NCBI GenBank assembly: GCA_964247055.1
Contig: OZ176053.1
Span: forward strand, 12,400,001 to 12,464,000
Origin: Paragordius varius
Taxonomy: Eukaryota > Animalia > Nematomorpha
Length of the DNA: 64,000 bases
Direction of reading: 5' to 3'
Below are positions 58,535 to 64,000 of the stretch, piece by piece (position 1 is the stretch's first letter; the number at the start of each line of letters is the position of its first letter). The notes under the pieces were generated by a model. The model saw only the letters and a list, made by a program, of their open reading frames with translations. It was not told the DNA's origin and ran no database searches. The position numbers and the translations under genes were made by a program.

Positions 58535-60704
58535 CTAGCTGACCCTGTAACGCTTCGCTGTGATGTAGTCTCACTGATAATTATTATTAATAATTTGCAA
58601 TAAATAGAGGTAATGGAGACAAAAAATAATTAAAAACATATTTAATAAATAGAAATCTTTTAATTTTTTTACGGGTTTTTACAGAGGCTCAAATAACGCT
58701 TACTAATTGACCATATTCAAACTGTTCTTTATAAAGTTAATATTTAACTATGATTGAAATTGTTTTAAAATTTTTATTTTATGAAATCATGGTTAAAAGT
58801 TTTATTTTGAAATTGTGTTCACACAGCTGGGATCAAGGGATATAAAAAGTAAATAATTTGTGGTCACTTTTTAAAGGAAAGAATGATATTATTCGAATTC
58901 CACAGAAATATGTTAAAATGACTGTAAATAATCATTATATGATGGCGTATTTTTAGGACATTAAGGCCCCAAATTAACTGCTAATAATAAACGCTTGACC
59001 TTAATTTTTGTCTATTACGGGTAATATATCAAGCTTTTAATGGGCTCATATGGCTTCATAATTTTTCGACAAAATAATTCATTTATTATATAGTGGCGCA
59101 GTTTTTGGCAGGTAGGTCCTTACCCATACGCAGGTATAAAAAAAGCGTTGAGCAATATATTTGCATTAATATGGGAAATAGATCATGGATTCCATAAGTG
59201 TCTATTAGTTTGATAGGTTTCTTAAATTTGGCTCCAAAGGCATGCTGTATTGATATGGTGACGCGGTTTTGCGCAGGTAGCACCCTAACCATGGGCGAAA
59301 CAAAAAACACTCGATTAAAATTTTTGTCTTATTTCGGATAATACCTGGAATCATGGTTGATCCCATATGCTCTCGCGGGATTATCAAAAATTTGCATCAA
59401 AACCAAAAAGTCATTCTATGGTGGCGCATTTTTCAGGGCAAGAACCTAATTAAGGGGTAATAAAACCTCTATTCTTATATTTTTGCCTTCATACGGGTAA
59501 TATTTCAAGCCTTTAAACTCATATGGCCTAATAAGTTTTCTAAAATTAACTTCTAACCAACGCAATTTCGATATGGTGGCGCAGTTGTAGGCGGGTACCT
59601 CCCTACCCAGCGGCCAATATAAAAAAGACGTGCGATAAAAATTTTTGCCTTTATGGAATACCTGGAATCATTATTCATTCCATATGTTCTTAAAAGTTTT
59701 TGAAAGAATGGCTTGAAAACTAAATAATAGTTAAATGATAGCGCATTTTTTAGAGCGTAAACCTAATTAATTGCTAATTTAAAACTACTCGACTTAAATT
59801 TTTGCCTTTTTACGGGTAATATTTCAGGCCCTTATTAAACTTATATGGTCTTTTCTGAAAATTAACTCCTAAACAACGCAATTTTGATATATGGTGCAGT
59901 TTTAGGCAGGTAGCTCCCTACCCAGAGGCTAATAAAAAAAGTGCTTGATTAATTTTTTTGCCTATTTGAGAATACCTGAAATCATGATTGAATCTCATTA
60001 GTTTTAGAAAAAAACTGAAAAATTATTCTACTGGCGCATTTTTTAGGGCGTGAACGGCTTAATTAACGGCTAATTCTAAAAAGTCGCGCGACCAAAATTT
60101 TTTGTTACGCGTAATATTTTAAGCACGGATTAAACTCATATGGCCTGATAGATTTTCTGAAATTTAGCCCCAAAGGCACGCTATTTCGATATGACATCTG
60201 TATTTAGCGGCTAGCCTTTTACCCGGCGGCCAAAAAAAAACGCACCAAAATTTTTGCCTTTTAACAAGGAATACCTGGAATCCGTATATTTACAGTCTCA
60301 TGCCTTAAACGAAAAATAGATTCGAAAAATTATTTTTGTGGACTTAATTTTTTTGAAAAAAATGGCATTTTACGGGGGGAGCGGTTAAAAAGTGGGCCTA
60401 AAAAAGCGAGCCGACTATGTTCGGCGCAATAAATAAATAAACAAAAATCATATTTGAAGTTGAATGGCCCAACACGTTCCCCGGAAAATTGACTCAAAGA
60501 CACGATTTTTGTGGACTTGTGTTTTCAAAACAAAGTTGTTTTTACACGGGGTGAGCCCGAACTGGGGCCCTAATTTAAAAAAAGGGCGAAGTTAATGTCA
60601 GGACATACATTAATGATTATATTTATGGACATTTGGATTTGAATGAGTCAGCCAGTTTTCCGGAAATGGCACAAAGCCACCACTCATTTTTATAAACATA
60701 TAGA
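58535..60704 (-). mobile_element. Non-autonomous Helitron (~2.17 kb)
   Basis: On the minus strand it begins A|TCTATATGTTTATAAAAATGAG (60704) and ends ...cagcgaagcgttacagggtcagCTAG|T (58535): 5'-TC, 3'-CTAG, inserted between A and T, no TSD, short GCGAAGC hairpin near the 3' end. Confidence 0.75.
58935..60600. repeat. Tandem array of ~160-bp monomers (~10-11 units) with alternating dimer structure
   Basis: A tggcgca-type anchor recurs at ~58942, 59095, 59257, 59422, 59577, 59739, 59893, 60032, ~60192, 60362. Most units alternate between a cgggtaatatttcaagc type and a ggaatacctggaatc type. Confidence 0.85.
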
Positions 60705-61879
60705 TTTTTTAAATTAAAAAGTTTGTGCGATCATTATTTATTTTTTCAGTAGTTAAAAAAAATCCATTTGATTCGGTAATTTCTCAATTATTTTACTTTA
60801 AATAAAAATTCCGGCTGAAAATTCGTATCCAACTATATTAGCAAAACTTTGAAGCACATTTCAAGACTCATGATCTTTTAGGGCTGTTTTCCCCATGGCT
60901 AACTAAAATTTAAATATATTAAAATATATTTTTAGCATTGGACCAAATTTGAAAATATACCTTCTTTAGTCTCTTAACATGATAAATTTTTTTTTAAAAA
61001 AATGTAAAATTGTAAAAATATCATAATCAATCATTTTCGCCGTCATTTTTTTCATAATGATTTTTAAATCTTTAATACAATACTATATGTGCATTATAGT
61101 TAAAAATATAAATATGGATCGTAAAGCTTTGATACAATCAAGCACATTTTGATATAATTTTAATATCAACTGTTTGCCTCCATTAAATTTTAGACTATCC
61201 GAATTTGGGACTAGATTAATTAAAAAAATGCAATAGGTCTCCCAAATACAGGAGAAATTAGTTTGATAATTAAAGTAAAAATAATTTTCAAAACAGTAGT
61301 TTGTTAAGCTCTTTAAGCACTAAGTTAGAAAACTACCCCAGTCTTTGTGCACAAAAAATGAAATTTAATGAAATATTAAGGAATTTTGGCAACGCCGAAA
61401 CGGTATAAAAAACATTTGAATGTTTTAAAAAAAATTTTCATACAATTTGATGTGCTGAGGAACCATTACATGAATTTTAATATTAAATTTTTACCTTTAA
61501 ATATCAATTAATATTTTTAGATTCATAAAGCAAAAATCTTGAAAATCAGCTTTAAACAGGTTTTATATGGCGGTTTGGTTCGCAATTTCGGATTTGATTA
61601 TGAATCCAAAATTTGACAAGCTACGAAATTATTTAAAAATTAAAACGTTTTACCAAGATTTTTTGGTTTTGTAAAATATTAATGTAAAAAACTTATAATT
61701 TTGTAGGTTATAATAAATTATACTTAACAAATAATATTGATGAAAATATTAAAAGCTCAAACTAATTTTTTTCTGCTATTTGATAGTATTTTTATCATTT
61801 TTAGCTATTTAGTATATGGTGCGAAACCTCATCCTTTCAGTCACATGCTATATCAATCGAAAGCCAAACATATTTTATA

Positions 61880-62075
61880 ATAGTTTAAAATTTAGTAGGT
61901 AGGACGCCGGACTCTTACACTGCGTGCCAGAGTTTGAACCTCAAAACTACGCAATTTTTCCATCATATAACTGTCAGCCCTGGGTAGGGGAGTGTGAAAT
62001 CCTTCTGTCCGGATACAATTTAAGTCCTTACACTTTAATAAAAAAAGAAAAAAGAGACTATAAAGTGTATATTTT
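61880..62075 (+). mobile_element. tRNA-derived SINE (tRNA-Lys(CTT)-like head)
   Basis: agtaggtaggacgccggactcttacac...gagtttgaacc resembles a tRNA D-arm, the GACTCTTA anticodon arm and a B box, followed by a body and A-rich tail. A second truncated copy exists at 63778-63907. Confidence 0.55.
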
Positions 62076-62259
62076 TTTTATACAAATTTAGATAAATATT
62101 GCGTCTGATAAAATTTGATCGCTATTGTCATGAAATTATCAAGACATAATAATAATAATTTATTTGAATAAAAACAAAGAAATAATTATTTACTTATACA
62201 ACAAAATAAAATTTATTTATTTGAAATAATATTATGTGTAAATATACATGTCTTTGGAA

Positions 62260-63768
62260 TTAAATTTTATTTCCTTTATGCAAAATTCTCCTGAGTTCTT
62301 TGGACATAAAATAAGGTCGAGCCTGAGATCCATCATTTCGTTCGCAATCTTCCACTAAAATATAAAAACAAAACCTTTAAATAATATATTATTTTTGCAT
62401 AATTTTTTTATTTTTAGATAAAATCAATTCAAATCTGTTTTTCTTAATTGACCAGCCAAAATAATAGAGAATCAAGGTTTAAAACATTATTTTTTTTATT
62501 TACTTTATATTATCGATGTAAATTTTCGTTAAACAAGAGGTAAAAACTTACGAAAACATAGAAAAAGAGTATCAACCGCCATCTCATAGATTCCAAAAAA
62601 TATTCTGGCAACAAAATAAGCTCCAATGACTTGAACCTATAAAACGTATATTTAATTTAATATCGGACGTTTTCATTATTTTCAAAAATAATAATTAAAA
62701 GAGTTACTGCGATTGAAAACTCAATGGTACGAATTTTTGGCAAATAAGGTGTCAAAGGATTATTCATGTAATAAAGGAAGTAAAAAAAGTATCCTGTTAC
62801 AGACATAATCACTAATTGGCCCATAAATAGAAGGAAATCGTTCGTTTTTGTTAAAACTATCACCCTTGATTATGTAAAAATATTTGAATTTTATATATAA
62901 TATATATATCAACTATTAATTGAAAAAATTTTACGGTTCCACCATATAATACTACATTACATTGCATTATAAAAAAAGACAATCTTTCTTAAATTTTCTT
63001 TAAAATTAATTATTTAACCCACACAGTCACACCTATATATAAATTTCGATCTTTAACTTTTTAATTTTCATAATTTTCAATTAATTATGAGATATATATG
63101 CATAGACAAAAACTTACCGTATAGCATTGCGTACAATCAGGGCAAAGGCATCTGCGGCCGATTGCAAAAAGTTTTTACCATGTATTGCAATCTAAAAAAA
63201 AGATTATCTACAATTATCAAAAACAAATAATTAGTTTGGTACAAATAAGTCAAAAAATCTCAATTTGCGAAGACTATATGATATATTTTAAAAGTAATTT
63301 ACATAGACTTATAATTTCAAAAAAAATCAATAAACTCTTATTTTGACCATTTAAACGATATATATAGTTTATAATAATGCAATACATTACAATGCCAATG
63401 ATAAAAAAGATTTGAGTCAAAAATTTTGGTGTTTGAAAGATTGTGCATTTCAATTAAATAAAAAATTATTGGATTTGATATAAAACAATGCGTTTAAGTG
63501 GAAATCCAAATTTTTTTATAGTACGGTTGAGAAAATTCAAAAAAAACATAATGTAACCATAATAAAAGCTCTCTTGCTAAGAAATTGCAAAAAACGATCC
63601 CAAACCCATAAACAACATCGACAACAATTCACGCAACATTGTAGGGGAGCTACTCCCCGTGAAGGCACACGATCTATGTAATTGTCTTTCACGTATTCCA
63701 CCAAAACTCGGATAAGCTTAGTGATGGCCAACAGCAAGGAACCAAAAGCCAGAGATCCTGAATGATAC
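62260..63768 (-). CDS. SLC44A: Choline transporter-like protein (SLC44A2/4/5 family), last five exons; gene continues beyond the window
   Basis: Exons 63768-63558, 63191-63118, 62864-62708, 62636-62552, 62354-62260 join in frame: YHSGSLAFGSLLLAI...CCRCCLW...IAIHGKNF...RNAIRV...DFLLFMGQL...[29 protein letters not shown]. Confidence 0.93.
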
Positions 63769-63777
63769 CTAAAAAAG

Positions 63778-63907
63778 TATACAGTTTAGAGTCTCTTTTT
63801 TCCTTTTTTATTAAAGGGTAAGGACTTAAATTCTAACCGGACATGTGAAGGCTTTAACACACGCCTACCCAGGGCTGACAGTGATGATGGAAAAAATGCG
63901 TAGTTTC
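63778..63907 (-). mobile_element. 5'-truncated inverted copy of the SINE at 61880-62075
   Basis: Its reverse complement aligns with 61947-62072 (aaactacgca...ctgtcagccctgggtagg...tttaagtccttac...aaaaaagagact). Confidence 0.7.
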
Positions 63908-64000
63908 GAAAAATATAATACTTATACTTGTTCATGGCAATTTTAAAACTACGCTTAAATATATATATTTAAAGATGAAATATGCATTCAAATGCCTTTC

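Noticed and set aside
58935-60600. CRISPR array or coding repeat
   Set aside because: Whole monomers are homologous with no unique spacers, and the short ORFs are not conserved between units.
61880-61945. Functional tRNA-Lys gene
   Set aside because: No intact cloverleaf or acceptor stem, degenerate B box, and it continues into a repeated body; better explained as a SINE head.

Overview
AT-rich eukaryotic (bilaterian animal) genomic DNA with GT-AG introns and the standard code. Seven spliced genes can be reconstructed by eye: polyhomeotic (-), a head-to-head pair of type II membrane collagens with a C-terminal spongin/short-chain-collagen-C4-type domain (15404-20023 -, 20313-22864 +), a highly diverged SLC1/EAAT-family transporter (-), a two-copy CCAP-like neuropeptide precursor (+), mitochondrial ClpX (+) and the 3' part of an SLC44 choline-transporter-like gene (-). 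The space between genes holds mobile-element relics: hAT MITEs with 8-bp TSDs, TA-flanked Tc1/mariner MITEs, a Mos1-like mariner fossil, a nested cluster of TTAA-flanked MITEs, a frameshifted RTE LINE, a non-autonomous Helitron carrying a ~160-bp satellite, and a tRNA-derived SINE. The most striking system is the collagen pair. The two genes share a 289-bp divergent promoter and combine a nematode-cuticle-collagen-like N-terminus with a spongin/C4-like C-terminus. Although their X/Y residues have diverged widely, both have exactly 146 Gly-X-Y triplets with three interruptions at identical positions, which suggests an obligate heterotrimer organised like COL4A1/A2. The genome also splices 21-26 nt introns alongside kb-sized ones. 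All exon models, counts and family calls were made manually without database searches; the organism was not identified.
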